A stretch of 47,047 nt of DNA from a virus. Its lineage: Duplodnaviria; Heunggongvirae; Uroviricota; Caudoviricetes. Made by a program: the position numbers and the translations under genes. Every line of letters starts with the position of its first letter. The stretch's first letter is position 1. The notes beneath the pieces are model-generated. The model ran no database searches and had not been told where the DNA came from. It worked only from the letters and a program-made list of their open reading frames with translations. Below are positions 31,286 to 42,400 of the stretch, in pieces. The stretch lies in IMG/VR virus record IMGVR_UViG_2872703611_000004. One strand, written 5' to 3'.

Positions 31286-31864
31286 ATGGCCATAAAAGGT
31301 CTTGAGCAGGCCGTTGAAAACCTCAGCCGTATCAGCAAAACGGCGGTGCCTGGTGCCGCCGCAATGACCATTAACCGCGTTGCGTCATCCGCGATATCGC
31401 AGTCTGCGTCACAGGTTGCCCGTGAGACAAAGGTACGCCGGAAACTGGTAAAGGAAAGGGCCAGGCTGAAAAGGGCCACGGTCAAAAATCCGCAGGCCAG
31501 AATCAGGGTTAACCGGGGGGATTTGCCCGTAATCAAGCTGGGTAACGCGCGGGTTGTCCTTTCCCGCCGCAGACGTCGTAAAAAGGGGCAGCGTTCATCC
31601 CTGAAAGGTGGCGGCAGCGTGCTTGTGGTGGGAAACCGTCGTATTCCCGGCGCGTTTATTCAGCAACTGAAAAATGGCCGGTGGCATGTCATGCAGCGTG
31701 TGGCCGGGAAAAACCGTTACCCCATTGATGTGGTGAAAATCCCGATGGCGGTGCCGCTTACCACGGCGTTTAAACAGAATATTGAACGGATACGGCGTGA
31801 ACGTCTTCCGAAAGAGCTGGGCTATGCGCTGCAGCATCAACTGAGAATGGTAATAAAGCGATGA
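31286..31864 (+). CDS. Z: Tail assembly protein Z
   Basis: 192 aa MAIKGLEQAVENLSRISKTAVPGAAAMTINRVASSAISQSASQVARETKVRRKLVKERARLK... Confidence 0.95.
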   Translation: MAIKGLEQAVENLSRISKTAVPGAAAMTINRVASSAISQSASQVARETKVRRKLVKERARLKRATVKNPQARIRVNRGDLPVIKLGNARVVLSRRRRRKKGQRSSLKGGGSVLVVGNRRIPGAFIQQLKNGRWHVMQRVAGKNRYPIDVVKIPMAVPLTTAFKQNIERIRRERLPKELGYALQHQLRMVIKR

Positions 31865-32256
31865 AACATACTGAACTCCGTGCAGCCGTACTGGATGCAC
31901 TGGAGAAGCATGACACCGGGGCGACGCTTTTTGATGGTCGCCCCGCTGTTTTTGATGAGGCGGATTTTCCGGCAATTGCCGTTTATCTCACCGGCGCTGA
32001 ATACACGGGCGAAGAGCTGGACAGTGATACCTGGCAGGCGGAGCTGCATATTGAAGTTTTCCTGCCTGCTCAGGTGCCGGATTCAGAGCTGGATTCGTGG
32101 ATGGAGTCCCGGATTTATCCGGTGATGAGCGATGTCCCGGCACTGTCAGATTTGATCACCAGTATGGTGGCCAGTGGCTATGACTACCGGCGCGACGATG
32201 ATGCGGGCCTGTGGAGTTCAGCCGATCTGACTTATGTCATTACCTATGAAATGTGA
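31861..32256 (+). CDS. U: Tail terminator U
   Basis: 131 aa [67 protein letters not shown]... Confidence 0.95.
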   Translation: MKHTELRAAVLDALEKHDTGATLFDGRPAVFDEADFPAIAVYLTGAEYTGEELDSDTWQAELHIEVFLPAQVPDSELDSWMESRIYPVMSDVPALSDLITSMVASGYDYRRDDDAGLWSSADLTYVITYEM

Positions 32257-32263
32257 GGACGAT

Positions 32264-33004
32264 ATGCCTGTACCAAATCCAGTAATGCCGGTGAAAGGGG
32301 CCGGGACCACACTGTGGGTTTATAAGGGGAACGGTGACCCTTATGCGAACCCGCTTTCAGACGTTGACTGGTCGCGTCTGGCTAAAGTTAAAGACCTGAC
32401 GCCCGGCGAACTGACCGCTGAGTCCTATGACGACAGCTATCTCGATGATGAAGATGCGGACTGGACTGCGACCGGGCAGGGGCAGAAATCTGCCGGAGAT
32501 ACCAGCTTCACGCTGGCGTGGATGCCCGGAGAGCAGGGGCAGCAGGCGCTGCTGGCGTGGTTTAATGAAGGGGATACCCGTGCCTATAAAATCCGCTTCC
32601 CGAACGGCACGGTCGATGTGTTCCGCGGCTGGGTCAGCAGTATCGGTAAGGCGGTGACGGCGAAGGAAGTGATCACCCGCACGGTGAAAGTCACCAACGT
32701 GGGACGTCCGTCGATGGCAGAAGATCGCAGCACGGTAACAGCGGCAACCGGCATGACCGTGACGCCTGCCAGCACTTCGGTGGTGAAAGGGCAGAGCACC
32801 ACGCTGACCGTGGCATTCCAGCCGGAAGGCGCAACCGACAAGAGCTTCCGTGCGGTGTCTGCGGATAAAACAAAAGTCACCGTGTCGGTCAGTGGTATGA
32901 CCATCACCGTGAAAGGTGTTGCTGCAGGCAAGGTCAACATTCCGGTTGTATCCGGTAATGGTGAACTTGCTGTGGTTGCAGAAATCACCGTCACCGACAG
33001 TTAA
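32264..33004 (+). CDS. V: Major tail tube protein V (with C-terminal Ig-like domain)
   Basis: 246 aa [73 protein letters not shown]... Confidence 0.97.
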   Translation: MPVPNPVMPVKGAGTTLWVYKGNGDPYANPLSDVDWSRLAKVKDLTPGELTAESYDDSYLDDEDADWTATGQGQKSAGDTSFTLAWMPGEQGQQALLAWFNEGDTRAYKIRFPNGTVDVFRGWVSSIGKAVTAKEVITRTVKVTNVGRPSMAEDRSTVTAATGMTVTPASTSVVKGQSTTLTVAFQPEGATDKSFRAVSADKTKVTVSVSGMTITVKGVAAGKVNIPVVSGNGELAVVAEITVTDS

Positions 33005-33019
33005 TCCGGAGAGTCAGCG

Positions 33020-33442
33020 ATGTTCCTGAAAACCGAATCATTTGAATATAACGGTGTGAGCGTCACGCTTTCTGAACTGTCAGCCCTGCAGCGAATTGAG
33101 CATCTCGCCCTGCTGAAACGACAGGCAGAACAGGCGGGATCCAGTCTCAATCGACAGGTGAGCGTGGAAGATCTCGTCAGAACCGGTGCTTTTCTGGTGG
33201 CGATGTCCCTGTGGCATAGCCATCCGCAGAAGACAAAGATGCCGTCCATGAATGAAGCCGTTAAACAAATTGAGCAGGAAGTGCTTACCACCTGGCCCAC
33301 AGAGGCAATTGCTCAGGCTGAAAATGTGGTAATGCGTCTGTCCGGTATGTCTGAGTTTGTTGTGAATGATGCACCTGAACAGGCAGATGACGCCGGGCCA
33401 GCAGAGCCTGTTTCTGCGGGAAAGTGTTCGACGGTGAGCTGA
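33020..33442 (+). CDS. G: Tail assembly chaperone G
   Basis: 140 aa MFLKTESFEYNGVSVTLSELSALQRIEHLALLKRQAEQAGSSLNRQVSVEDLVRTGAFLVAMSLWHSHPQKTKMPSMNEAVKQIEQE... Confidence 0.95.
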   Translation: MFLKTESFEYNGVSVTLSELSALQRIEHLALLKRQAEQAGSSLNRQVSVEDLVRTGAFLVAMSLWHSHPQKTKMPSMNEAVKQIEQEVLTTWPTEAIAQAENVVMRLSGMSEFVVNDAPEQADDAGPAEPVSAGKCSTVS

Positions 33443-33858
33443 GTTTTGCCCTGAAACTGGCGCGTGAGATGGGGCGACCCGACTGGCGCGCCATGCTTGC
33501 CGGGATGTCATCCACGGAGTATGCCGACTGGCACCGCTTTTACAGTACCCATTATTTTCATGATGTTCTGCTGGATATGCACTTTTCCGGGCTGACGTAC
33601 ACCGTACTCAGCCTGTTTTTCAGCGATCCGGATATGCATCCGCTGGATTTCAGTCTGCTGAACCGGCGCGAGGCTGACGAAGAGCCTGAAGATGATGTGC
33701 TGATGCAGAAAGCGGCAGGGCTTGCCGGAGGCGTCCGCTTTGGCCCGGACGGGAATGAAGTTATCCCCGCTTCCCCGGATGTGGCGGACATGACGGAGGA
33801 TGACGTAATGCTGATGACAGTATCAGAAGGGATCGCAGGAGGAGTCCGGTATGGCTGA
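33020..33858 (+). CDS. T: G-T fusion tail assembly chaperone made by programmed -1 ribosomal frameshift at G GGA AAG (33418-33424)
   Basis: Slippery heptamer GGGAAAG at the G 3' end; the -1 frame continues open to 33858 encoding ...FDGELSFALKLAREMGRPDWRAMLAGMSSTEYADWHRFYSTHYFHDVLL... (lambda T). Confidence 0.88.
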
Positions 33859-36430
33859 ACCGGTAGGCGATCTGGTCGTTGATTTGAGTCTGGATGCGGC
33901 CAGATTTGACGAGCAGATGGCCAGAGTCAGGCGTCATTTTTCCGGTACGGAAAGTGATGCGAAAAAAACAGCGGCAGTCGTTGAACAGTCAATGAACCGG
34001 CAGGCGCTGGCTGCACAGAAAGCGGGGATTTCCGTCGGACAGTATAAAGCCGCCATGCGTATGCTGCCTGCACAGTTCACCGACGTGGCCACGCAGCTTG
34101 CAGGCGGGCAAAGTCCGTGGCTGATCCTGCTGCAACAGGGGGGTCAGGTTAAGGACTCCTTCGGCGGGATGATCCCCATGTTCAGGGGGCTTGCCGGTGC
34201 GATCACCCTGCCGATGGTGGGGGCCACCTCGCTGGCGGTGGCGACCGGTGCGCTGGCGTATGCCTGGTATCAGGGCAACTCAACCCTGTCCGATTTCAAC
34301 AAAACGCTGGTCCTTTCCGGCAATCAGGCGGGACTGACGGCAGATCGTATGCTGGTCCTGTCCAGAGCCGGGCAGGCGGCAGGGCTGACGTTTAACCAGA
34401 CCAGCGAGTCACTGACGGCGCTGGTGAATGCCGGTGTGCGTGGTGGTGAGCAGTTTGAGGCGATCAGCCAGAGTGTGGCGCGTTTCTCCTCTGCATCCGG
34501 CGTGGAGGTGGACAAGGTCGCTGAAGCCTTCGGGAAGCTGACCACAGACCCGACGTCGGGACTGACAGCGATGGCACGTCAGTTCCATAACGTGACGGCG
34601 GAGCAGATTGCGTATGTTGCTCAGTTGCAGCGTTCCGGAGATGAAGCCGGGGCATTGCAGGCGGCGAACGAGGCCGCAACGAAAGGGTTTGATGACCAGA
34701 CCCGCCGCCTGAAAGAGAACATGGGCACGCTGGAAACCTGGGCAGACAGGACAGCACGGGCATTCAAATCCATGTGGGATTCGGTGCTGGATATTGGTCG
34801 CCCGGACACTGCCCAGGGAATGCTGGAGAAAGCAGAAAAGGCTTTTGATGAGGCGGACAAAAAATGGCAGTGGTATCAGAGCCGGAGCCACCGGCGCGGT
34901 AAAACCTCAGCATTTCTTGCCAATCTCCGGGGAGCATGGGAGGACAGAGCGAATGCGCAACTTGGGCTTTCAGCCGCCACGTTGCAGGCCGATCTTGAAA
35001 AGGCCAGAGAGATGGCAGCAAAGGACTGGGCCGAGTCTGAGGCATCACGGCTGAAATATACCGAAGAGGCGCAGAAGGCTTACGAACGGCTGCAGACGCC
35101 GCTGGAGAAATATACCGCCCGTCAGGAAGAACTGAACAAGGCACTGAAAGACGGGAGAATCCTGCAGGCAGATTACAACACGCTGATGGCGGCGGCGAAA
35201 AAGGATTATGAAGCGACGCTGAAAAAGCCGAAACAGTCCGGCGTGAAGGTGTCTGCGGGCGATCGTCAGGAAGACAGTGCTCATGCTGCCCTGCTGACGC
35301 TTCAGGCAGAACTCCGGACGCTGGAGAAGCATGCCGGAGCGAATGAGAAAATCAGCCAGCAGCGCCGGGATTTGTGGAAGGCTGAAAATCAGTTCGCGGT
35401 ACTGGAGGAGGCGGCACAACGTCGCCAGCTATCCGCACAGGAGAAATCCCTGCTGGCGCATAAAGATGAGACGCTGGAGTACAAACGCCAGCTGGCTGCA
35501 CTTGGCGACAAGGTTACGTATCAGGAGCGCCTGAACGCGCTGGCGCAGCAGGCGGATAAATTCGCACAGCGGCAACGGGCAAAACGGGCCGCCATTGATG
35601 CGAAAAGCCGGGGGCTGACTGACCGGCAGGCAGCGCGGGAAGCCACAGAACAGCGCCTGAAGGAACAGTATGGCGATAATCCTCTGGCGCTGAATAACGT
35701 CATGTCAGAGCAGAAAAAGACCTGGGCGGCTGAAGACCAGCTTCGCGGGAGCTGGATGGCAGGCCTGAAGTCCGGCTGGAGTGAGTGGGAAGAGAGCGCC
35801 ACGGACAGTATGTCGCAGGTTAAAAGTGCAGCCGCGCAGACCTTTGATGGTATTGCGCAGAATATGGCGGCGATGCTGACCGGCAGTGAGCAGAACTGGC
35901 GCAGCTTCACCCGTTCCGTGCTGTCCATGATGACAGAAATTCTGCTTAAGCAGGCAATGGTGGGGATTGTCGGGAGTATCGGCAGCGCCATTGGCGGTGC
36001 TGCCAGTGGTGGAGCATCCGCGTCAGGCGGTACAGCCATTCAGGCCGCTGCGGCGAAATTCCATTTTGCGACCGGGGGATTTACGGGAACCGGCGGCAAA
36101 TATGAGCCAGCGGGGATTGTTCACCGTGGTGAATTTGTCTTCACGAAGGAGGCAACCAGCCGGATTGGTGTCGGCAACCTGTACCGCCTGATGCGCGGCT
36201 ATGCCACCGGCGGTTATGTCGGTACACCGGGCAGCATGGCAGACAGCCGGTCGCAGGCGTCCGGGACGTTTGAGCAGAATAACCATGTGGTGATTAACAA
36301 CGACGGCACGAACGGGCAGATAGGTCCGGCTGCTCTGAAGGCGGTGTATGACATGGCCCGCAAGGGTGCCCGTGATGAAATTCAGACACAGATGCGTGAT
36401 GGTGGCCTGTTCTCCGGAGGTGGACGATGA
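33851..36430 (+). CDS. H: Tail tape-measure protein H
   Basis: 859 aa MAEPVGDLVVDLSLDAARFDEQMARVRRHFSGTESDAKKTAAVVEQSMNRQALAAQKAGISVGQYKAAMRMLPAQFTDVATQ... Confidence 0.97.
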   Translation: MAEPVGDLVVDLSLDAARFDEQMARVRRHFSGTESDAKKTAAVVEQSMNRQALAAQKAGISVGQYKAAMRMLPAQFTDVATQLAGGQSPWLILLQQGGQVKDSFGGMIPMFRGLAGAITLPMVGATSLAVATGALAYAWYQGNSTLSDFNKTLVLSGNQAGLTADRMLVLSRAGQAAGLTFNQTSESLTALVNAGVRGGEQFEAISQSVARFSSASGVEVDKVAEAFGKLTTDPTSGLTAMARQFHNVTAEQIAYVAQLQRSGDEAGALQAANEAATKGFDDQTRRLKENMGTLETWADRTARAFKSMWDSVLDIGRPDTAQGMLEKAEKAFDEADKKWQWYQSRSHRRGKTSAFLANLRGAWEDRANAQLGLSAATLQADLEKAREMAAKDWAESEASRLKYTEEAQKAYERLQTPLEKYTARQEELNKALKDGRILQADYNTLMAAAKKDYEATLKKPKQSGVKVSAGDRQEDSAHAALLTLQAELRTLEKHAGANEKISQQRRDLWKAENQFAVLEEAAQRRQLSAQEKSLLAHKDETLEYKRQLAALGDKVTYQERLNALAQQADKFAQRQRAKRAAIDAKSRGLTDRQAAREATEQRLKEQYGDNPLALNNVMSEQKKTWAAEDQLRGSWMAGLKSGWSEWEESATDSMSQVKSAAAQTFDGIAQNMAAMLTGSEQNWRSFTRSVLSMMTEILLKQAMVGIVGSIGSAIGGAASGGASASGGTAIQAAAAKFHFATGGFTGTGGKYEPAGIVHRGEFVFTKEATSRIGVGNLYRLMRGYATGGYVGTPGSMADSRSQASGTFEQNNHVVINNDGTNGQIGPAALKAVYDMARKGARDEIQTQMRDGGLFSGGGR

Positions 36431-36756
36431 AGACCTTCCGCTGGAAAGTGAAACCCGGTATGGATGTGGCTTCGGTCCCTTCTGTAAGAAAGGTGCGCTT
36501 TGGTGATGGCTATTCCCAGCGAGCGCCTGCCGGGCTGAATGCCAACCTGAAAACGTACAGCGTGACGCTTTCTGTCCCCCGTGAGGAGGCCACGGTACTG
36601 GAGTCGTTTCTGGAAGAGCACGGGGGCTGGAAATCCTTTCTGTGGACGCCGCCTTATGAGTGGCGGCAGATAAAGGTGACCTGCGCAAAATGGTCGTCGC
36701 GGGTCAGTATGCTGCGTGTTGAGTTCAGCGCAGAGTTTGAACAGGTGGTGAACTGA
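36427..36756 (+). CDS. M: Tail tip protein M
   Basis: 109 aa MKTFRWKVKPGMDVASVPSVRKVRFGDGYSQRAPAGLNANLKTYSVTLSVPREEATVLESFLEEHGGWKSFLWTPPYEW... Confidence 0.95.
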   Translation: MKTFRWKVKPGMDVASVPSVRKVRFGDGYSQRAPAGLNANLKTYSVTLSVPREEATVLESFLEEHGGWKSFLWTPPYEWRQIKVTCAKWSSRVSMLRVEFSAEFEQVVN

Positions 36757-37454
36757 TGCAGGATATCCGGCAGGAAACACTGAATGAATGCACCCGTGCG
36801 GAGCAGTCGGCCAGCGTGGTGCTCTGGGAAATCGACCTGACAGAGGTCGGTGGAGAACGTTATTTTTTCTGTAATGAGCAGAACGAAAAAGGTGAGCCGG
36901 TCACCTGGCAGGGGCGACAGTATCAGCCGTATCCCATTCAGGGGAGCGGTTTTGAACTGAATGGCAAAGGCACCAGTACGCGCCCCACGCTGACGGTTTC
37001 TAACCTGTACGGTATGGTCACCGGGATGGCGGAAGATATGCAGAGTCTGGTCGGCGGAACGGTGGTCCGGCGTAAGGTTTACGCCCGTTTTCTGGATGCG
37101 GTGAACTTCGTCAACGGAAACAGTTATGCCGATCCGGAGCAGGAGGTGATCAGCCGCTGGCGCATTGAGCAGTGCAGCGAACTGAGCGCGGTGAGTGCCT
37201 CCTTTGTACTGTCCACGCCGACGGAAACGGATGGCGCTGTTTTTCCGGGACGTATCATGCTGGCCAACACCTGCACCTGGACCTATCGCGGTGACGAGTG
37301 CGGTTATAGCGGTCCGGCTGTCGCGGATGAATATGACCAGCCAACGTCCGATATCACGAAGGATAAATGCAGCAAATGCCTGAGCGGTTGTAAGTTCCGC
37401 AATAACGTCGGCAACTTTGGCGGCTTCCTTTCCATTAACAAACTTTCGCAGTAA
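36756..37454 (+). CDS. L: Tail tip protein L
   Basis: 232 aa MQDIRQETLNECTRAEQSASVVLWEIDLTEVGGERYFFCNEQNEKGEPVTWQGRQYQPYPIQGSGFELNGKGTSTRPT... Confidence 0.95.
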   Translation: MQDIRQETLNECTRAEQSASVVLWEIDLTEVGGERYFFCNEQNEKGEPVTWQGRQYQPYPIQGSGFELNGKGTSTRPTLTVSNLYGMVTGMAEDMQSLVGGTVVRRKVYARFLDAVNFVNGNSYADPEQEVISRWRIEQCSELSAVSASFVLSTPTETDGAVFPGRIMLANTCTWTYRGDECGYSGPAVADEYDQPTSDITKDKCSKCLSGCKFRNNVGNFGGFLSINKLSQ

Positions 37455-37459
37455 ATCCC

Positions 37460-38203
37460 ATGACAGAGACAGAATCAGCGATTCTGGCGCACGCCCGGCG
37501 ATGTGCGCCAGCGGAGTCGTGCGGCTTCGTGGTGAGAACGCCGGAGGAGGAAAGATATTTTCCCTGCGTGAATATCTCCGGTGAGCCGGAGGCGTATTTC
37601 CGGATGTCGCCGGAGGACTGGCTGAGTGCAGAAATGCAGGGAGAGATTGTGGCGCTGGTCCACAGCCACCCCGGTGGTCTGCCCTGGCTGAGTGAGGCCG
37701 ACCGGCGGCTGCAGGTACAGAGTGATTTGCCGTGGTGGCTGGTCTGCCGGGGGGCGATTCATAAATTCCGCTGTGTGCCGCATCTCACCGGGCGGCGCTT
37801 TGAGCACGGGGTGACGGACTGTTACACGCTGTTCCGGGACGCTTACCATCTGGCGGGAATTGAGATGCCGGATTTTCATCGCGGGGATAACTGGTGGCGT
37901 CACGGTCAGAATCTCTATCTGGATAATCTGGAGGCCACAGGGCTGTATCAGGTGCCGTTGTCAGCGGCGCAGCCGGGCGATGTGCTGCTGTGCTGTTTTG
38001 GTTCATCGGTGCCGAATCATGCCGCCATTTACTGTGGTGATGGCGAGCTGCTGCACCATATTCCTGAACAACTGAGCAAACGAGAGAGGTATACCGACAA
38101 ATGGCAGCGACGCACACACTCCCTCTGGCGTCACCGGGCATGGCGCGCATCTGCCTTTACGGGGATTTGCAACGATTTGGCCGCCGCATCGACCTTCGTG
38201 TGA
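37460..38203 (+). CDS. K: Tail tip assembly protein K (MPN/JAMM-like HSHPGG motif plus NlpC/P60-like C-terminal domain); lambda annotation starts at the internal Met equivalent to 37604
   Basis: 247-aa ORF beginning 6 nt after the L stop: MTETESAILAHARRCAPAESCGFVV...VHSHPGGLPWLSEADRRLQ...DCYTLFRDAYHLAGIEMP... Confidence 0.85.
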   Translation: MTETESAILAHARRCAPAESCGFVVRTPEEERYFPCVNISGEPEAYFRMSPEDWLSAEMQGEIVALVHSHPGGLPWLSEADRRLQVQSDLPWWLVCRGAIHKFRCVPHLTGRRFEHGVTDCYTLFRDAYHLAGIEMPDFHRGDNWWRHGQNLYLDNLEATGLYQVPLSAAQPGDVLLCCFGSSVPNHAAIYCGDGELLHHIPEQLSKRERYTDKWQRRTHSLWRHRAWRASAFTGICNDLAAASTFV

Positions 38204-38772
38204 AAACGGGGGCTGAAGCCATCCGCGCACTGGCCACACAGCTCCCGGTGTTTCGTCAGAAACTGAGCGACGGCTGGTATCAGGTACGGATTGCCGGGCG
38301 GGACGTCAGCACGTCCGGGTTAACGGCGCAGTTACATGAGACTCTGCCTGATGGCGCTGTGATTCATATTGTTCCCAGAGTCGCCGGGGCCAAGTCAGGT
38401 GGCGTATTCCAGATTGTCCTGGGGGCTGCCGCCATTGCCGGATCATTCTTTACCGCCGGAGCCACCCTTGCAGCATGGGGGGCAGCCATTGGGGCCGGTG
38501 GTATGACCGGCATCCTGTTTTCTCTCGGTGCCAGTATGGTGCTCGGTGGTGTGGCGCAGATGCTGGCACCGAAAGCCAGAACTCCCCGTACACAGACAAC
38601 GGATAACGGCAAACAGAACACCTATTTCTCCTCACTGGATAACATGGTTGCCCAGGGCAATGTTCTGCCGGTTCTGTACGGTGAAATGCGCGTGGGGTCA
38701 CGCGTGGTTTCTCAGGAGATCAGCACGGCAGACGAAGGGGACGGTGGTCAGGTTGTGGTGATTGGTCGCTGA
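38101..38772 (+). CDS. I: Tail tip protein I
   Basis: 223 aa MAATHTLPLASPGMARICLYGDLQRFGRRIDLRVKTGAEAIRALATQLPVFRQKLSDGWYQVRIAGRDVSTSG...; overlaps K by ~100 nt as in lambda. Confidence 0.95.
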   Translation: MAATHTLPLASPGMARICLYGDLQRFGRRIDLRVKTGAEAIRALATQLPVFRQKLSDGWYQVRIAGRDVSTSGLTAQLHETLPDGAVIHIVPRVAGAKSGGVFQIVLGAAAIAGSFFTAGATLAAWGAAIGAGGMTGILFSLGASMVLGGVAQMLAPKARTPRTQTTDNGKQNTYFSSLDNMVAQGNVLPVLYGEMRVGSRVVSQEISTADEGDGGQVVVIGR

Positions 38773-38832
38773 TGCAAAATGTTTTATGTGAAACCGCCTC
38801 CGGGCGGTTTTATCGTTTATGGAGCATGACGA

Positions 38833-41800
38833 ATGGGTAAAGGCAGCAGTAAGGGGCATACCCCGCGCGAAGCGAAAGATAACCTGAAGTCCACGCAGCT
38901 GCTGAGTGTGATCGATGCCATCAGCGAAGGGCCGGTTGAAGGTCCGGTGGATGGATTAAAAAGCGTGCTGCTGAACAGTACGCCGGTGCTGGACAGTGAG
39001 GGGAATACCAATATATCCGGCGTCACGGTGGTGTTCCGGGCCGGTGAGCAGGAGCAGACACCGCCGGAGGGATTTGAATCCTCCGGCTCCGAGACGGTGC
39101 TCGGTACAGAAGTGAAATATGACACGCCGATCACCCGGACCATCACGTCGGCAAACATTGACCGTCTGCGTTTTACTTTCGGCGTGCAGGCACTGGTGGA
39201 AACCACCTCAAAGGGGGACAGGAATCCATCGGAAGTCCGCCTGCTGGTTCAGATACAACGTAACGGTGGCTGGGTGACGGAAAAAGACATCACCATTAAG
39301 GGTAAAACCACTTCACAGTATCTGGCCTCGGTGGTGGTGGATAACCTGCCGCCGCGCCCGTTTAATATCCGGATGCGCAGGATGACGCCGGACAGCACCA
39401 CAGACCAGCTGCAGAACAAAACGCTCTGGTCGTCATACACCGAAATTATCGATGTGAAACAGTGCTACCCGAACACGGCACTGGTCGGCGTGCAGGTGGA
39501 CTCGGAGCAGTTCGGCAGCCAGCAGGTGAGCCGTAATTATCATCTGCGCGGGCGTATTCTGCAGGTGCCGTCGAATTATAACCCGCAGACGCGGCAATAC
39601 AGCGGTATCTGGGACGGAACGTTTAAACCGGCATACAGCAACAACCCGGCCTGGTGTCTGTGGGATATGCTGACCCATCCGCGCTACGGCATGGGGAAAC
39701 GTCTTGGTGCGGTGGATGTGGATAAATGGGCGCTGTATCTTATCGGCCAGTACTGCGACCAGTCAGTGCCGGACGGCTTTGGCGGCACGGAGCCGCGCAT
39801 CACCTGTAATGCCTGGCTGACCACACAGCGTAAGGCGTGGGATGTGCTCAGTGATTTCTGCTCTGCGATGCGCTGTATGCCGGTATGGAACGGGCAGACG
39901 CTGACGTTCGTGCAGGACCGACCGTCGGATAAGGTGTGGACCTATAACCGCAGTAATGTGGTGATGCCGGATGATGGTGCGCCGTTCCGCTACAGCTTCA
40001 GCGCCCTGAAGGACCGCCATAATGCCGTTGAGGTGAACTGGATTGACCCGAATAACGGCTGGGAGACGGCGACAGAGCTTGTGGAGGACACGCAGGCCAT
40101 TGCCCGTTACGGTCGTAACGTCACGAAGATGGATGCTTTTGGCTGTACCAGCCGGGGGCAGGCACACCGCGCCGGGCTGTGGCTGATTAAAACAGAACTG
40201 CTGGAAACGCAGACCGTGGACTTCAGCGTGGGTGCCGAAGGGCTTCGCCATGTACCGGGCGATGTCATTGAAATCTGCGATGATGACTATGCCGGTATCC
40301 GCACCGGCGGGCGCGTGCTGGCGGTAAACAGCCAGACCCGGACGCTGACGCTCGACCGTGAAATCACGCTGCCATCTTCCGGCACCACGCTGATAAGCCT
40401 GGTTGACGGGCAGGGGAGTCCGGTCAGCGTGGAGGTTCAGTCCGTCACCGACGGCGTGAAGGTGAAAGTGAGCCGTGTTCCTGACGGCGTTGCTGAATAC
40501 AGCGTATGGGGGCTGAAGCTGCCGACGTTGCGCCAGCGCCTGTTCCGCTGCGTGAGTATCCGTGAGAACGACGACGGCACGTATGCCATCACCGCCGTGC
40601 AGCATGTACCGGAAAAAGAGGCCATCGTGGATAACGGGGCGCACTTTGACGGCGACCAGAGCGGCACGGTAAATGGTGTCACGCCGCCAGCGGTGCAGCA
40701 CCTGACCGCAGAAGTCACCGCAGACAGCGGGGAGTATCAGGTGCTGGCGCGCTGGGACACGCCGAAGGTGGTGAAGGGCGTGAGCTTCCTGCTTCGCCTG
40801 ACCGTGGCAGCGGATGACGGCCGTGAGCGGCTGGTCAGCACGGCCCGGACGACGGAAACCACTTACCGCTTCACACAACTGGCTCTGGGGAACTACAGGC
40901 TGACAGTCCGGGCAGTAAATGCGTGGGGGCAGCAGGGCGATCCGGCGTCGGTATCGTTCCGGATTGCCGCACCGGCAGCGCCGTCGCGGATTGAGCTGAC
41001 GCCGGGCTATTTTCAGATAACCGCCACGCCGCATCTTGCGGTTTATGACCCGACGGTACAGTTTGAGTTCTGGTTCTCGGAAAAACGGATTGCGGATATC
41101 AGGCAGGTTGAAACCAGCGCGCGTTATCTTGGTACGGCACTGTACTGGATAGCCGCCAGTATCAATATCAAACCGGGCCATGATTATTATTTTTACGTTC
41201 GCAGTGTGAACACCGTTGGCAAATCGGCATTCGTGGAGGCTGTCGATCAGCCGAGTGATGATGCATCAGGCTATCTGGATTTTTTCAAAGGCGAGATAGG
41301 GAAAACCCATCTGGCTCAGGAGCTGTGGACGCAGATTGATAACGGTCAGCTTGCGCCTGACCTGACTGAAATCAGGACGTCCATAACGGATGTCAGCAAT
41401 GAAATAACACAGACCGTCAATAAGAAACTGGAAGACCAGAGTGCAGCGATCCAGCAGATACAGAAGGTTCAGGTTGATACAAATAATAACCTGAACAGCA
41501 TGTGGGCAGTGAAGCTGCAGCAGATGCAGGACGGACGCCTTTATATTGCGGGTATCGGTGCCGGTATTGAGAACACCCCTGACGGCATGCAGAGTCAGGT
41601 GCTGCTGGCAGCAGACAGGATTGCGATGATTAATCCTGCGAATGGCAACACAAAGCCGATGTTTGTTGGTCAGGGCGATCAGATATTCATGAATGAAGTG
41701 TTCCTGAAACGCCTGACGGCCCCCACCATTACCAGCGGCGGTAATCCTCCGGCATTTTCCCTGACATCAGACGGGAGACTGACGGCGAAAAATGCGGATA

Positions 41801-42330
41801 TCAGTGGCAGTGTGAATGCGAACTCAGGAACGCTCAACAATGTCACGATTAACCAGAACTGTACGATTAAGGGCATGCTGGAGGCGACCCAGGTCAGAGG
41901 AGATTTCGTTAAAGCTGTATCAAAAGCCTTCCCGAAAAAAGTCGGTACGTGGGGTAACACGGAAACACCAAACGGTACGGTTACAGTCACCATCAGCGAT
42001 GATCATAACTTTGACCGCCAGATTATTATTCCGCCCATTATTTTTAACGGTATAGCGTATGACGATCCGGGGAGCGGAAATAACCCAGGAGGCACGCGAT
42101 ACACGGGTTATGGTTTTGAAGTTCGCAAAAACGGCGTATTAATCGCATCCAGAGAAACTAAAGGGGCCATTCCCGGTAGTTACAGTGCAGTTATTGATAT
42201 GCCGAGTGGCAGGGGAAGCGTCACTCTGGAGTTTAAGATTTTCCAGAAAGGCAATCAGGGGGCAGGCAATATCACCGACTGTACGGTGATTGTGACCAAA
42301 AAAGCCGCTTCCGGCATCAGTATTCGTTGA
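38833..42330 (+). CDS. J: Central tail fibre / host-specificity protein J; N-terminal ~800 aa lambda-like, C-terminal receptor-binding region divergent from lambda J
   Basis: 1165 aa [80 protein letters not shown]...; C-terminus ...[38 protein letters not shown] differs from lambda as I remember it. Confidence 0.95.
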   Translation: MGKGSSKGHTPREAKDNLKSTQLLSVIDAISEGPVEGPVDGLKSVLLNSTPVLDSEGNTNISGVTVVFRAGEQEQTPPEGFESSGSETVLGTEVKYDTPITRTITSANIDRLRFTFGVQALVETTSKGDRNPSEVRLLVQIQRNGGWVTEKDITIKGKTTSQYLASVVVDNLPPRPFNIRMRRMTPDSTTDQLQNKTLWSSYTEIIDVKQCYPNTALVGVQVDSEQFGSQQVSRNYHLRGRILQVPSNYNPQTRQYSGIWDGTFKPAYSNNPAWCLWDMLTHPRYGMGKRLGAVDVDKWALYLIGQYCDQSVPDGFGGTEPRITCNAWLTTQRKAWDVLSDFCSAMRCMPVWNGQTLTFVQDRPSDKVWTYNRSNVVMPDDGAPFRYSFSALKDRHNAVEVNWIDPNNGWETATELVEDTQAIARYGRNVTKMDAFGCTSRGQAHRAGLWLIKTELLETQTVDFSVGAEGLRHVPGDVIEICDDDYAGIRTGGRVLAVNSQTRTLTLDREITLPSSGTTLISLVDGQGSPVSVEVQSVTDGVKVKVSRVPDGVAEYSVWGLKLPTLRQRLFRCVSIRENDDGTYAITAVQHVPEKEAIVDNGAHFDGDQSGTVNGVTPPAVQHLTAEVTADSGEYQVLARWDTPKVVKGVSFLLRLTVAADDGRERLVSTARTTETTYRFTQLALGNYRLTVRAVNAWGQQGDPASVSFRIAAPAAPSRIELTPGYFQITATPHLAVYDPTVQFEFWFSEKRIADIRQVETSARYLGTALYWIAASINIKPGHDYYFYVRSVNTVGKSAFVEAVDQPSDDASGYLDFFKGEIGKTHLAQELWTQIDNGQLAPDLTEIRTSITDVSNEITQTVNKKLEDQSAAIQQIQKVQVDTNNNLNSMWAVKLQQMQDGRLYIAGIGAGIENTPDGMQSQVLLAADRIAMINPANGNTKPMFVGQGDQIFMNEVFLKRLTAPTITSGGNPPAFSLTSDGRLTAKNADISGSVNANSGTLNNVTINQNCTIKGMLEATQVRGDFVKAVSKAFPKKVGTWGNTETPNGTVTVTISDDHNFDRQIIIPPIIFNGIAYDDPGSGNNPGGTRYTGYGFEVRKNGVLIASRETKGAIPGSYSAVIDMPSGRGSVTLEFKIFQKGNQGAGNITDCTVIVTKKAASGISIR

Positions 42331-42352
42331 CATATTTATAACCCCAATAAAG

Positions 42353-42378
42353 GGCGTCAGGAATGACGCCTTTTTTAT
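42353..42378 (+). terminator. Rho-independent terminator after J
   Basis: GGCGTCA-GGAA-TGACGCC followed by TTTTTTATTG. Confidence 0.8.
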
Positions 42379-42400
42379 TGCAGAAAAGCGAGAGGTAATT

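Noticed and set aside
36023-36688. 221-aa and 132-aa minus-strand ORFs antisense to H and M
   Set aside because: Antisense to well-supported tail genes, with no translation signals.
39763-41181. 472-aa minus-strand ORF antisense to J
   Set aside because: Arg/Pro/Cys-rich composition with no RBS or start context; J on the plus strand is the recognisable protein. Long antisense ORFs are common opposite GC-rich genes.
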